Virus record (IMG/VR): IMGVR_UViG_3300030098_003955
Reading direction: 5' to 3' (one strand)
Length of the DNA stretch: 64,000 bases
Source of the DNA: a virus
Positions 17,701 to 27,015 of this stretch are shown one piece after another (within the stretch, counting starts at the first letter, position 1; the number at the start of each line of letters is the position of its first letter). The translations under genes and the position numbers were made by a program. The notes beneath the pieces are model-generated. The model did no database searches, was not told the DNA's origin, and saw only the letters and a program-made list of their open reading frames with translations.

Positions 17701-20700
17701 TTTAGGATAATAAGGAGAAGAGGAAAAATTCCACATCTCATTTTGGCCTTGATGAGTGTCTGCCTGCATTGGGAACGCTGCGGCTGCACTATATTCATAT
17801 AAATGACCACTGTAGTCATCTACTATTCTTCCACTAATAAACTCGCACCCTCCAGTACACGGTGGCCTTACGTCGCAGTGTTGTCCGGGAATGCTATGAC
17901 AACTTTGTTTAGTGCAAGAATATCCACTTTCTATCATCTCCTCTCTTGTTACGCACAAGAAAGGAGTTTCTACTACATTTGATATAGCATCGCCAATTTT
18001 GTTTCCTTTATCATCTACTACATCTTCGTATTCATATTTAATTACTACATCAGGACACTGGCTATTAGCTGGAGCAGCAGAGATAGCAGAGGTGTTACAA
18101 GCAACACCACAATGAATAACATCCATTTCTAAATTTAATCTTGGATCTGAATACGTTCTATCTTCCCCAAGAGCATCAGGTGGTATTTGACCATTAAGAG
18201 TTTCAAATAGCCCAACTTCAGGACCGCACTGAGCTACAAGGCGGAAGAAATGACCATCCCTATTGCTTGTAGGTCTAGGAAGATCATTAGATTTTTCATA
18301 TAGGCCGCATCCATAATCGTTCGACGGGCAGCTTCCACAGTCTGCGTTTCTTACAACGTCGTGGTTTCCTGCTCTCACTTTGCTCCTTGGAGGACACTGG
18401 AATACATCTCCGTTTACGACAAACTGATTAGATTTTATATTGCTGGGACTAACACCCCCGACCAGCACTGGCTCAAATTCAGTCTTATAAAAATCACTCC
18501 AACAACAATATTGCTTTTCTACATTTGGGACGCGGAAAGTCTCACAGTTTTGACCCCCTACATACTCGCCTTTTCTTACTCCTTGTCCATCAAATTCAAA
18601 CCTTTCTTTTGCTCCCATCAAAGCCCAATCGCTTCTCCAAGCAGAATCGGTGTACTTCAGATCTATAGTCTTAGATTGGCCAAAGCCTAAACATCCTACC
18701 GTTGGAGCATATATGTCCGCATAACAATGAAATCCGTCGTCGGCAGCTCCCATTTCATTTATGTTAGGACAGCCATCTATACCTCCATGTAGACCAGAAG
18801 CAACAACGTTTTGGTTTATATCACATCTATTCTTGATTTCATTTCCAGCATTGTCTTGCTCACAATTAATTGCCACAGTAGGATTTGGGAAAAATTCAGT
18901 TCCTCCACATCTATGATCTTTCTGACCTCTACAAAATCTAGGAGTTACATTTGTCTCTACGCACGATGGCTCGCAGGCAAAAGGCCTGTTGTTTGGATAT
19001 CCTATGCACGGATCACAAACAGGATCTCCTCCGCCAGCATTACTCATCCAATCACAGCCAGCATTGTTACAATCCGTTCTCGTCGATTGTCCGCTACAAG
19101 CAAATGGATCTGGACTGTTATTACCTTCTACACATTCACCACAGTTTTCAAAGACGTCAGTAGGGTCCATTCCCGGATCTGTAAAGCAAACATCTTGAGG
19201 TATTTCACAAGTTATATTCTGTGCTGTATGACTTCCATTCGCATATAAAGTTGCGACATGGCACCCCATCCACTCTTCAATGGTAGGATAGTCTTTTTTA
19301 CAAGGGTCATCTACTGCGGTGTCTCCCGGAATACAGTCCTCAAGACAACAAGGATGACTAGATCTAGACAAATGTTGGTGGGGAATGTTTCTCAGTTGGT
19401 CAGAAGGTCTAGCACAGAATTTCTTCTGAGCGTCACATCTTAATGAAGCATAGGTTTGTTGTAGATAAGAAATCTCATCGTCATATATTTTTTTAGCGAC
19501 ATGGCAAGTGGACGATGGATCAGAGGAGCAAGGTACAGACTCACACTTACAAGTCTTGCCTTCTATTTCCACATACTTATAATTAGGAGCAACGCAGTCA
19601 ACTTTTTCAATTCCGTTGGCTCTACTTCCATCAGAAACGTTTGTACAGAAACCTTGCTTATTGTTGTCTGTACATTCTTGCATTGTGCTATATTCTTGCG
19701 CATTACAAGACAAGGAAGCGGATAAGTTGATTGCAGCAAAAGCGTCACTCACTTCTTGCTGGATATCACTTTCTCTACACAGTCTGTACTCACTTATTTT
19801 AAGGCCGTACTCATCTAATTGATTGGTAGTATGGTAGCCAACAGCATTGAATCCATCACATGAATTAAATCCACAACCATCATCAGTATATAGGTCGTTC
19901 AATATACTTGTACTTACAGAGCCTATAGTCGCACTGATGGTATCAGGCAAAAAGTGATCGCAGCATACGGGGCATGTCTCTTTGTGCTCTACATAAACAT
20001 AATAATCATCAGCAGGAGGCTCATTTATCAGAGAGCTTCCAGTCCAGCCTTTGAAATATCCATTCTTATTTTGTCCAATACCATAAACATCCTCAGTACG
20101 TATAAGTCCATCTGCGTAGTGATTCCAAGTTCCGCTCCAAGGAACATTACCTAGAATTTCTATCTGACCTCCTTGGATGATGCTCGCTCCGCAGGTCATA
20201 GATACTTGAGGATCATTGGTCAGAACAAACTCATTCTGATTGTACGATGTGTCGTCTTGGCCAGCTACTACTTCTCCGGTTATGTGATGTTTAATACTTG
20301 ATAGGGTAGTCCCGTCTGAAGATGTGGGCCCTGAGTAAGTAACATCTTCACAACCCCTTGGACAACAAGTGTCATTCATAGCTTTGCATGAAGTAAACTT
20401 CAGTCCAGCTCCGCTGAATGTAAATATTGTAGAAGGACAGAAATTATTAGAAAGGAATTGAGATATTCTTTCTGTAGATTCTAAAGTATTGCCGTCGCAG
20501 GTAAACAAAGAGAAATGGTCTTTATCTACTTGCTTTTGTACTAAAAATTCAGCAGGAGCAGGATCACCATTTTCTTTGGTTGCAAAAGAGCACATAGGCT
20601 CTCCGTCAATCCTAAAGCTACAGGCAGGTTTGCAGGCGCTTTCCCTATCAATCCATTCACATAAGCCACCTCCAATGTCTGGTCTAGAAGCTGCCAAAGT

Positions 20701-23700
20701 GCCGCAATCAAGTTGATTCCTAGCCATATCACAATTTGGATATTCAGCCGAAGGAACTTTAGAAACACATTTATAAAGAGAAGCTGCGGTAGATGGCTCG
20801 CATTGAGGAGGATGCCATTTATATATTGGTGGCCAACACGCTTCTTCAGAAACGTTAACACCACCTCCAGTGGAAAGGTCTTCACACCAACCCTGAGCTT
20901 CTTCTACGCCACAACCAGAATCGGCACTAGCATAACAAATCCCAAGTATATCAGGACCAAGTATTTTTTCAGGATTACTGCAACTGACAGTGGTCAATCC
21001 TGCGGGAAGACCCATGCATGGATTACCATCATCATCAACTCCACAATTTTGTTTTAGATGCTCTAGGTCTAAAGGTTTAAATGGATTGTCTTCGAGGAAC
21101 TTAGAAAAGCTTCCAATGTCGTCATGCTTGCATCCTCCAGCACCCTTCCTTAAATAGTCATAAGGACATTCAACCAGAGGCCATATTTGATCATCAGGAC
21201 CATGTTTCTTTAAGTCATATTTTTCTGCTTCTTTTTTAATTATCCTAGAAGCCTTGCCAGTGCCATCAGATTCTAAAGCTGCATGGAACTCAGTCTCAAT
21301 CCAGTCTTTCTTGAATATAGGCGCGTTTACTACAAAGTTTCCATACACAGGGTCGTTGTTGATATAACCAATCTGCAACTTTGTTGGGTAAGAGGGGAGC
21401 TTATGATTGCTTGATTTTACAATAACAGGGTCTGTCAGGCTTGCGTGTTCGACATATCCAAATAGCTGATTGCCTTTGCATGAGTCTGCTTCATAACTAG
21501 AGCTTTTATGCTCTGGCCATAATCCAGTTTCTCCCCAGTATTTGAGAGAGTCTTCTTTTCTCTTAGTTATAAAGGATACATCCCTTCCTAAGAGAGATCC
21601 AAATGTGTCTGCGTCACTTACCGTGCCTTCTCTATACAGAACAGATAAAGATTCTGGGCTTAAAAATTCAGCCTCTTGACATCGACTGTCGTCTGATGTG
21701 CTTTTACATGTGTATCCTACGGTAGCTCCTTGAATGTAGGTTGCTCCGCCGGACTTCCAAGCATCATACCAAGAACAGTTGAGCTCTGTGGCTGGCTTAC
21801 AAGTTCCCACATGACCGGGTTCGGGAGCGTTCCCATTAGCATCAAGGAAGTCTTGCCAGACACAGCATGTATAGTCAATCCCATCGCTGTCAGTACCGGA
21901 AAGGTTTTCACATTTGTTCTGATTGTTGTTTGCTGGGTCTGTAGGACTGGCCATTCCGCCACTCGTATTTGCAGAGACCCCGTTTGTGAACTGCCCACAG
22001 TTAAGACCACATATAGCAGTCTTTGCATTGCAGTCTGTTCTTGCTTGATTTCCAGTAGTTCCAATATCTATGAAAAATGCTTGGCATTTTGTTCGAGCAT
22101 AGGTTTCAAAGGGTATCGAGTGGCGTACTACTTGGCCAGCACCAACGGCAGGTTGATCTTGTGTAGCTTCACAAATTTCCGTACCTACTGCGGCGACATC
22201 GCAATACCCACACTCATCAGGATCATCTATAGCGGCGAAAGAAAGCCCTTCTTCTTTATGACCATTAATAAATAGCTTATCGCTATAAGCAAGATCTAAT
22301 TCGTTACATTTACTTCCATCGCCACCTTCTTCTATAGGGGGACAATGCCCAGCCAGAGGAGTCTTAATCTCGGCAATAGTTGGTGTTGGTTCGCAGAACA
22401 AGTCTGGGCAATCACACTCTGATTCACATCTTTCTAAGGTTGTTTTCTTGTCTAGTAAGTCTTTCTCTGGCTTATAAAGATTTCCCAAGCCTATATCATT
22501 ACAGTTGTCTGGGTCCTTTGGAAGACAAACACCACCCATCAATCTGCATCTTGCAACTGGGCAAACTCCAGTACGGAGATATTCAGCGCCGCAGTTTTGC
22601 GTTGGGAAACAAGCAAGCTCTTGACCTATGGAAGGATCTGGATGATATTCCATCGCCCATACGCTGTGTACGGTGCAATTTCTATCAGTCAACCCAATGT
22701 TGTTTTGAATTCTGTAATTTGAGATATCAACAGACAAAAGCTCACAGGCGTCATGATCCATTACCGGACTGAAAGAGCTACCATTATTCCAATTGGTTGG
22801 GTCGTATTGCTTCTCATTGCCTACCATTTTGAAACATCTTCTAGTTTGAGGGTCGTACTCAACTAGAGGGTCTGTATTTCCAAAGCTGTCTTTGCATAAA
22901 TATGCAACAAAGTCATGATCGAACCAGTAGGCAAGTCCTCTGTTTATTGACAAAGGAGAATAAGATGTCGCTCCGTGACATGGAGAAAACCCAAACGATC
23001 CGGGATCAGCATCCTCTGCGTCTACAACTTGTTGGATAGCCAGATTTCGAGCATTGTCACTCGAAGCAGTTTTACCAATACATAAGTGATATTGGTCAAG
23101 GTCAAACTTTGCTTGTGCTAGTGTTTTGTATTTTAATGATTTGTGTTCAGTAGCCTTAAAGGGCTGTGGTTGCAGATTGAGGTTTCTTAGCCTAAAGTCT
23201 CCGACAGCATGATGGCTTCTGTTAAGAATGTTTGTATATGGATAAATACCAACAACGTTACATTTGACTTGTTTTGCTAGGTTTGGAGAAAGGCAAGTGT
23301 AGTATGGGTCAGGATCAAAAGGATTGTTTTCGTCATGGAGTTTCCAACAGTTGCCATCTGCGTCAGGGCCAAGATCACAGTTTCCTAAGTTGGCGAGTCC
23401 TTCACACTTAGTATCAACCCAAATAGACTCAGCAGCTTCGCACGCAGATCTAGTTGTAGACTTACCGTCTTGGCAAGAGCCATCACAATCAGCAGGAACG
23501 TAACTTGACTCAACCTCATCGCAATGGTCTGGACATGTTGGCTCGTGCCATAGGTAGACAGGACCAAGGCAATCTTCTTTTTCTATTGGTACAGTTACAC
23601 CAGTCGCTACTTCTTCACAAAATCCATCTAAAGGAAGTTCGTGAAATCCACCCTTCGGCGATGTTGGGTTTTCTGGATCAGGGTCTCCCTTACATCCAGC

Positions 23701-26700
23701 ACCTCCTGAAAGAACAAAGTCTAGACCCCAAGCTGATTCTGGATAGTAGGCAACAGAACAAGCAGTACCGCCGGTTTCGCCACAAAAATCTGGGTTTGGA
23801 TGAGAAAGCCCTAGATCAGACAAAAACGCCTCGCTAGGACATCCCGGATAATCCGCAAGCTTATTGTCACCTATTTGCCTAATTCCATCTGTTTCAATTC
23901 TGTATTCGTTGGTGCCAGTAACTAAAAAGGGAATTTGTCTTACAAATCCGGGCCTTCCAAAATCTTTGTCAACATCCTCATTTAGGCAATAACAAAAGTC
24001 TTCGTTGTCTAAAGGCCTTCCCGGAAATGCAACTCCAAAGTGCCTATATCCACTATGGTCTTGGTAAGGAACCATATTTAGGTTATCAAAGCAACCGTAA
24101 TAGTAATCACCGCCTTCTTCTATTCCAGTGCATTCTTTGTTCCCATCATTTACAAAGTATGTACCGTCTATATCAATAGCGTGACCTTCGGGATTATCTT
24201 GGTCAGGTGACTTTTTCCAACATGTCGCACTAGGAGTGCAGCCAGTAGGGCAAGAATCTTTGTTGTCATAAATGTCTGGAGGATTGCCGACGTTGGTGCA
24301 ACCGCCGCCAACGTTAGCTTCTGAATCCACAAGAAGATCTCTAGGAATCCAACCTTTTCTAAATCCTATACTATCTACTTCACTAGCAAAGAAATTACTA
24401 GTACTTGCAAATTGATCTGTGGGAATTTGTAGTACTGTGGTTCTTCCTAGTAAGTGTTCTTTTACCTCGCAAGTACCAAAATTTGTCCACTTCTCAGTAG
24501 CCGACGCTGGCCCATTGCCACACTCAGATTGTTTTCTTGGATTTCCGTCATCATCTTGCAGGCACATGCCAGTGCCCTCTCCTGTAGATGGATCTAATTT
24601 CTCACAGCAAGATCCCTCAGTTTTCCAGTAGCAAGGATTTGTTGATATACCGTTATCATAAACAGTATGCTCACCACAAGTTTCAATTTCTTGAACACCA
24701 CAATCTTTGATAACACTTTGCGAAACGCAGTTGCCGTAATAATCACAGCCCCTAATCGCCAAGTTAAAAAAGCCAGTCTCCTCATCAGTAGCTTCAAGAT
24801 GATAATAGTTTCTATCATAGATGTTTTTTATTCCCTGACAGGAACCATCAGCTTGGAATACTACTTCTTTATGTGGACTATAGCAGACTTGATTGTATTT
24901 CAGTCCAGATACATCTCCTTCTGCATCCATGTGCGGTATATGATGAGGGCTATCATCACTTAAGGCTACTCCACCACAGCAACTACTAGCGTCTGAAATT
25001 CCTATCTCCCAATCAGGAGTCCAGTAAACGCTACTACTTCCAACAACCTCTCTATAAGCAAGACATTGGTATTTATCTATGAAGGCCTCGGCAGTATTAT
25101 GAAATCCGCCTTCTCCTAAGCTATAACATTGAGGCCCAATACCTAATCCAGAAGAAGGATCTGTTTCACCCCTATCTTCGTAAGAGCACTGGTCACTAGA
25201 CTTACAAAGATCGGCGCTAGTAAGGTCTCCACAAGCTACAGTGACACAGCTAGTTCCTGACTCCAAGTCTTCCCAAGCCAGCCAAGTCATTAGGTCGTAG
25301 TTTACATTTTTTTCATACTTATCGTAGTGTACAGTCTCATAAGTAGTAGGACTTGATATCGTTATAGGTTTTTTGCAGCATCTAGACTTTGCAGTACACT
25401 CAGATTCTGTAGGCCTTACAGCTTGAACTATATAACCCTTGGTGACTCCATCCGTCGTCTCGAAGCCTTGAGGGCAATTATCTGGAGTGAATTCTGTAGC
25501 AGGGACATAGCCAACCTGAGAGTTGTAGTACATACACTTAGATAGAAGAAGCTCTCCATCGGCAACAACACCTTCTTCTTCTCTCCATTGTGTACATATG
25601 CCATTTGGGTCAAATTCCTCACAAGCGTTTTGCCAACCCTTAAGAGACATCGTGACAGTCTCTTTTTTATCTTTTATATATACGCCACTAACGCCATCAA
25701 AATTACTCTTTTGGCCGTCTACACTACAATAGTTTGGAAATCTTCTAGGAGCGACTCCATCCTCAATACAACCTATCCTCAAATCTCTTTCATCTTTTAA
25801 GGAGTAAATGGTTCTTGTTGGAAGATGAACCGTAGCTATGTTATCTACTACGTTGTCAGATTCAGGCGAGCTTAAAGAGTTGAATGAAAAAGAGGTTGCT
25901 GCCTTGTCAGTCTTATTATGAAATATTCCGGGAGGCAAATCTCCGATAATATCATATGAAGGGAGGGTATAGTTGAGCGTCGCTAGACCAGCGATTTGAG
26001 AAAATGTGTACTGAGCTTCTCTGTATCTTGAGGACTTACCTACAGGGTCTTGATTGGTCCTATTAACGCTTCTAGCTCTATCGTCTACATCATTACTAAC
26101 ATCATCTCTAAAGACAAAAGATGGTCTGTGTATGCCACCACCACCAGAGAAAGAACAGTCAGACCTTTGACCAGTCACATCAAAGTTTACGATTTCGCCG
26201 TTTACCAAGTTTGGCTCTATGTGTTGTACCGACGCTAGAGCTCCACCACTTATTCGGAGAGCGTCAATCGTAGTTACCGAGCACGGCTCACAGCCACTCC
26301 AGTCTTTTATTTTTGACGTTACAGCGAACTCGCCCGGAGATGTCTCCTCATAAGCGTCTGCGTCTGGATGGCATTGAGTTTTATTAGTCTCAAGGTCTCC
26401 TGTGCCAATGTCACCATCTACATAACCCCATTTGCACTGCATTCCTAAAGTCTTGAGTGCTCCGCACTGCTCTTCGCCCGCCTTTCCTCCGTCTTCATCA
26501 TTGCCACTTTTGTCTGCAAGTTCGCAGGCTGGCCTGCACATCTTTGGAGCTTCTTTTCCACGATCTGGACCAGATCTAATTATTAAGTTTGGGACACTGC
26601 CCCATTTGCAAGAGACTCTATCATTACACTCATCTTCATCTGTTATGTTAGAGCATTCGACAGGCCATTCAAAGTATGGATAATCTCCAGCTGGTTCTAC

Positions 26701-27012
26701 ATAGAAAACTCTAGTGTCAGAATCAAAGCAACACTTTCTGCCCCTCCAAGCTCCATTTGAATATTTGACATCAAATCTTTCAGCTTGGCCTAGTTGTATT
26801 TTCTTCCTAGCCTCATCTCTAGAACCAGCTTTGACAATTGACAAAACCAATTCTTGAGGCAGTATGGGTTGATATCCAGTGAGATTGTTTGAGCACTGTT
26901 GTATACAACCACATCCTATATTGCAAGGATGATGAGTGTTATGACTTCGACGGCCTGTTGACCTGTTGACAAGACCGGGCCAAGAGGTGTCAAAGTTGTC
27001 TCCTATTGTCAT
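14716..27012 (-). CDS. Giant 4098-aa cysteine-rich putative tail-tip / receptor-binding protein
   Basis: Uninterrupted 12.3-kb ORF abutting both neighbours; about 210 Cys by hand count; recurring C..C..CxW modules; downstream of TMP and hub genes; no signal peptide. Confidence 0.8.
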   Translation of the reverse strand: MTIGDNFDTSWPGLVNRSTGRRSHNTHHPCNIGCGCIQQCSNNLTGYQPILPQELVLSIVKAGSRDEARKKIQLGQAERFDVKYSNGAWRGRKCCFDSDTRVFYVEPAGDYPYFEWPVECSNITDEDECNDRVSCKWGSVPNLIIRSGPDRGKEAPKMCRPACELADKSGNDEDGGKAGEEQCGALKTLGMQCKWGYVDGDIGTGDLETNKTQCHPDADAYEETSPGEFAVTSKIKDWSGCEPCSVTTIDALRISGGALASVQHIEPNLVNGEIVNFDVTGQRSDCSFSGGGGIHRPSFVFRDDVSNDVDDRARSVNRTNQDPVGKSSRYREAQYTFSQIAGLATLNYTLPSYDIIGDLPPGIFHNKTDKAATSFSFNSLSSPESDNVVDNIATVHLPTRTIYSLKDERDLRIGCIEDGVAPRRFPNYCSVDGQKSNFDGVSGVYIKDKKETVTMSLKGWQNACEEFDPNGICTQWREEEGVVADGELLLSKCMYYNSQVGYVPATEFTPDNCPQGFETTDGVTKGYIVQAVRPTESECTAKSRCCKKPITISSPTTYETVHYDKYEKNVNYDLMTWLAWEDLESGTSCVTVACGDLTSADLCKSSDQCSYEDRGETDPSSGLGIGPQCYSLGEGGFHNTAEAFIDKYQCLAYREVVGSSSVYWTPDWEIGISDASSCCGGVALSDDSPHHIPHMDAEGDVSGLKYNQVCYSPHKEVVFQADGSCQGIKNIYDRNYYHLEATDEETGFFNLAIRGCDYYGNCVSQSVIKDCGVQEIETCGEHTVYDNGISTNPCYWKTEGSCCEKLDPSTGEGTGMCLQDDDGNPRKQSECGNGPASATEKWTNFGTCEVKEHLLGRTTVLQIPTDQFASTSNFFASEVDSIGFRKGWIPRDLLVDSEANVGGGCTNVGNPPDIYDNKDSCPTGCTPSATCWKKSPDQDNPEGHAIDIDGTYFVNDGNKECTGIEEGGDYYYGCFDNLNMVPYQDHSGYRHFGVAFPGRPLDNEDFCYCLNEDVDKDFGRPGFVRQIPFLVTGTNEYRIETDGIRQIGDNKLADYPGCPSEAFLSDLGLSHPNPDFCGETGGTACSVAYYPESAWGLDFVLSGGAGCKGDPDPENPTSPKGGFHELPLDGFCEEVATGVTVPIEKEDCLGPVYLWHEPTCPDHCDEVESSYVPADCDGSCQDGKSTTRSACEAAESIWVDTKCEGLANLGNCDLGPDADGNCWKLHDENNPFDPDPYYTCLSPNLAKQVKCNVVGIYPYTNILNRSHHAVGDFRLRNLNLQPQPFKATEHKSLKYKTLAQAKFDLDQYHLCIGKTASSDNARNLAIQQVVDAEDADPGSFGFSPCHGATSYSPLSINRGLAYWFDHDFVAYLCKDSFGNTDPLVEYDPQTRRCFKMVGNEKQYDPTNWNNGSSFSPVMDHDACELLSVDISNYRIQNNIGLTDRNCTVHSVWAMEYHPDPSIGQELACFPTQNCGAEYLRTGVCPVARCRLMGGVCLPKDPDNCNDIGLGNLYKPEKDLLDKKTTLERCESECDCPDLFCEPTPTIAEIKTPLAGHCPPIEEGGDGSKCNELDLAYSDKLFINGHKEEGLSFAAIDDPDECGYCDVAAVGTEICEATQDQPAVGAGQVVRHSIPFETYARTKCQAFFIDIGTTGNQARTDCNAKTAICGLNCGQFTNGVSANTSGGMASPTDPANNNQNKCENLSGTDSDGIDYTCCVWQDFLDANGNAPEPGHVGTCKPATELNCSWYDAWKSGGATYIQGATVGYTCKSTSDDSRCQEAEFLSPESLSVLYREGTVSDADTFGSLLGRDVSFITKRKEDSLKYWGETGLWPEHKSSSYEADSCKGNQLFGYVEHASLTDPVIVKSSNHKLPSYPTKLQIGYINNDPVYGNFVVNAPIFKKDWIETEFHAALESDGTGKASRIIKKEAEKYDLKKHGPDDQIWPLVECPYDYLRKGAGGCKHDDIGSFSKFLEDNPFKPLDLEHLKQNCGVDDDGNPCMGLPAGLTTVSCSNPEKILGPDILGICYASADSGCGVEEAQGWCEDLSTGGGVNVSEEACWPPIYKWHPPQCEPSTAASLYKCVSKVPSAEYPNCDMARNQLDCGTLAASRPDIGGGLCEWIDRESACKPACSFRIDGEPMCSFATKENGDPAPAEFLVQKQVDKDHFSLFTCDGNTLESTERISQFLSNNFCPSTIFTFSGAGLKFTSCKAMNDTCCPRGCEDVTYSGPTSSDGTTLSSIKHHITGEVVAGQDDTSYNQNEFVLTNDPQVSMTCGASIIQGGQIEILGNVPWSGTWNHYADGLIRTEDVYGIGQNKNGYFKGWTGSSLINEPPADDYYVYVEHKETCPVCCDHFLPDTISATIGSVSTSILNDLYTDDGCGFNSCDGFNAVGYHTTNQLDEYGLKISEYRLCRESDIQQEVSDAFAAINLSASLSCNAQEYSTMQECTDNNKQGFCTNVSDGSRANGIEKVDCVAPNYKYVEIEGKTCKCESVPCSSDPSSTCHVAKKIYDDEISYLQQTYASLRCDAQKKFCARPSDQLRNIPHQHLSRSSHPCCLEDCIPGDTAVDDPCKKDYPTIEEWMGCHVATLYANGSHTAQNITCEIPQDVCFTDPGMDPTDVFENCGECVEGNNSPDPFACSGQSTRTDCNNAGCDWMSNAGGGDPVCDPCIGYPNNRPFACEPSCVETNVTPRFCRGQKDHRCGGTEFFPNPTVAINCEQDNAGNEIKNRCDINQNVVASGLHGGIDGCPNINEMGAADDGFHCYADIYAPTVGCLGFGQSKTIDLKYTDSAWRSDWALMGAKERFEFDGQGVRKGEYVGGQNCETFRVPNVEKQYCCWSDFYKTEFEPVLVGGVSPSNIKSNQFVVNGDVFQCPPRSKVRAGNHDVVRNADCGSCPSNDYGCGLYEKSNDLPRPTSNRDGHFFRLVAQCGPEVGLFETLNGQIPPDALGEDRTYSDPRLNLEMDVIHCGVACNTSAISAAPANSQCPDVVIKYEYEDVVDDKGNKIGDAISNVVETPFLCVTREEMIESGYSCTKQSCHSIPGQHCDVRPPCTGGCEFISGRIVDDYSGHLYEYSAAAAFPMQADTHQGQNEMWNFSSSPYYPKKPTLNRRVFWVERIENDEESYDLLHIDNRESCSYGEGTLVSVGKAEKFEAETGSYNGSSIDKKSKNPYISGNARLVDEIKDTRGASSFGIQLPAYTTIKVDDATGLMTNNNAYFRQFAIYEEFIPVDEYGDPQPAEAFFVKKLQLPAPYGNYPMPMPVQSSQQVGSQAFGGGKTPGKTHVGDSFGVGFGLGVNHSRVGLIPTAHNLNLEDSINGTYYTSVVPYDPTTGIGNKHISIERIENVYDTGDNGSCLFENHVELSDPDRALTRTECTTLGGYWVPKFLGTVVHVLGHHDLLDNELITISGNRCYDAACTVDGSVISDAKDTGCYEKDGFGTVFNITEADCKKDPDLVWYSGVLDIAGVTIKANTIDKTICEVTLGGSWGPDASIESAYDYEQGCPVFCRNQAQIEAFRTEKGCLDENFCQDCEVEKTEGEEDVTHCPLCAREDSNGELFGLDGEHIVRVLDTKAFVIGWEHQTDFEQDFTRLAKYSRNPLDNADRFGFNKKSAKYDPLDKKGLVEYPIQHSQNPTQLFDSDHNSMGFYSGMDGTKKVGEAFLSPFLPDVETDQLFQRELYDITKVSSAVEILSKADIGVVGYVTDKTKRFLRSTTTKIVQPNGTLDDIAIDSSSRAHSGLLGVNNLGLDEIAHCGAQHDTVVVSSTTGGGQNVLICAHASDCSVLDKGSCEESNYCVLESTSFGIDSDLNWTIEGQTLLEISAIRETDRLDEVAGRCFSKAQDENGCVADPECTYFCDKRDPTGICIQGGCLPSVTYSAVCSHREHAPSTSDDYVQLFSERTDRGNILNLEGYRKNDPEGHGGISSQVAGMPSSDTVRPRPSIGSEFTFAAKKPNMFFGTQFNGAGDFLRQSGAVPKRVFTGWVFPEDLGLEDEKIYGYWSRHVGSFNINIGVPEALPTASVSCRENNSDLPLNMTYYMLMPDETCQHFKPPKGIITSKGYDLPGGPVMVQTEPGVGTAVLKVHLHEQARTIRPETGGG

Positions 27013-27015
27013 TCT

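Noticed and set aside
14716-27012. Eukaryotic contamination or chimera as the source of the Cys-rich giant
   Set aside because: The gene is intronless, abuts phage genes on both sides, has similar base composition, and shares modules with the adjacent hub protein.
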